Assembly: GCA_964658305.1 (NCBI GenBank)
Contig: OZ210885.1
Span: 20,894,001-20,958,000 of the forward strand
Reading direction: 5' to 3'
Source: Leptogorgia sarmentosa
Taxonomy: Eukaryota
DNA: 64,000 bases
Shown: positions 63,559 through 64,000 of the stretch, piece by piece
How the letters are laid out: each line of letters starts with the position of its first letter
Position numbering within the stretch: the stretch's first letter is position 1
Made by a program: the position numbers and the translations under genes
Notes under the pieces: model-generated
Seen by the model: only the letters and a program-made list of their open reading frames with translations
Database searches by the model: none
What the model was told of the DNA's origin: nothing

Positions 63559-64000
63559 CAATACACGTAGATGAATATATTAGTCATTTTATTTAGTTTA
63601 ATTTATATAGTCGAATAATTATCCTAGTTTAAAATTGCAAATGATTTTGTAATTCAACCCTCGGGTTGCCACGAATTTATTTAATAAACTATCTATCTAT
63701 CTACCTGATAGTATTTCTGCTGCACCAAATTTCAGATATTATCGCATTATCAATTGTCTTTTCTTCCTCCTCTCCAAAAGGATTCCACACTGGTTCCAGT
63801 GTAGCAATGGTATCATTTACATCATTCATATCTTTGTCTTCTTCAGCATCTTGATGCCTGATTCTCAAGTTTCTTTAAAAAAACAAATTTATTCTTATAC
63901 ATATGATCACATAAACCAGGATCACTCTACGCCCTGAACCACCACATTTATATGACAAATTTTTAACATGAATCTTTGGGTTTTTTAAAAGATTTCTGTG

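Larger units (their letters stand above)
55215..63702 (+). mobile_element. Second, fragmented CR1/L2-group LINE similar to 195-3321, interrupted by a MITE, a Gypsy remnant and BEL
   Basis: RT pieces KASGPDGAPGWLLKENA (55563-55720) and FDFKKAFD (56810-57690). The 3' end resumes after BEL and finishes AATAAACTATCTATCTATCTA (~63683-63702), like the first LINE's tail. Confidence 0.78.

Noticed and set aside
1..64000. tRNA/rRNA genes, prokaryotic operons or defence systems
   Set aside because: None recognisable; only short PBS matches to tRNA. The sequence is intron-containing eukaryotic TE DNA.

Overview
Eukaryotic, AT-rich DNA with spliceosomal introns. It looks like invertebrate metazoan sequence, probably cnidarian (inferred from the TE repertoire only). 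The window is almost entirely a nested transposon pile, and I found no recognisable host gene. Layout: (1) A decayed BEL/Pao LTR element spans 69-36325. Its 5' LTR holds a CR1/L2-type LINE that itself carries a Tc1/mariner MITE. Its gag holds an apparently intact two-gene PIF/Harbinger (4355-8387) and an antisense Copia (8788-32215). (2) The Copia 3' LTR holds a 19-kb Academ/AcademH-like DNA transposon (8945-27973, 9-bp TSD). This encodes a RecQ helicase and a DDE transposase with ankyrin repeats inserted in its catalytic core. (3) An intron of that transposase holds a 9-kb MULE (17605-26613, 10-bp TSD, repeat-built TIRs). Its exons can be joined with compatible splice phases into a single ~1,890-codon protein kinase-transposase fusion. 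(4) A piggyBac remnant is interrupted by a hAT and by an RTE/RTEX-like LINE flanked by a ~210-bp duplication. (5) The rest comprises hAT, MULE, Kolobok-like, Gypsy and LINE remnants plus a second BEL/Pao element (57690-63558) with ~98% identical LTRs. The most notable candidates are the kinase-MULE transposase fusion and the ankyrin-containing Academ transposase. All family calls come from motif recognition by eye, with no database searches.
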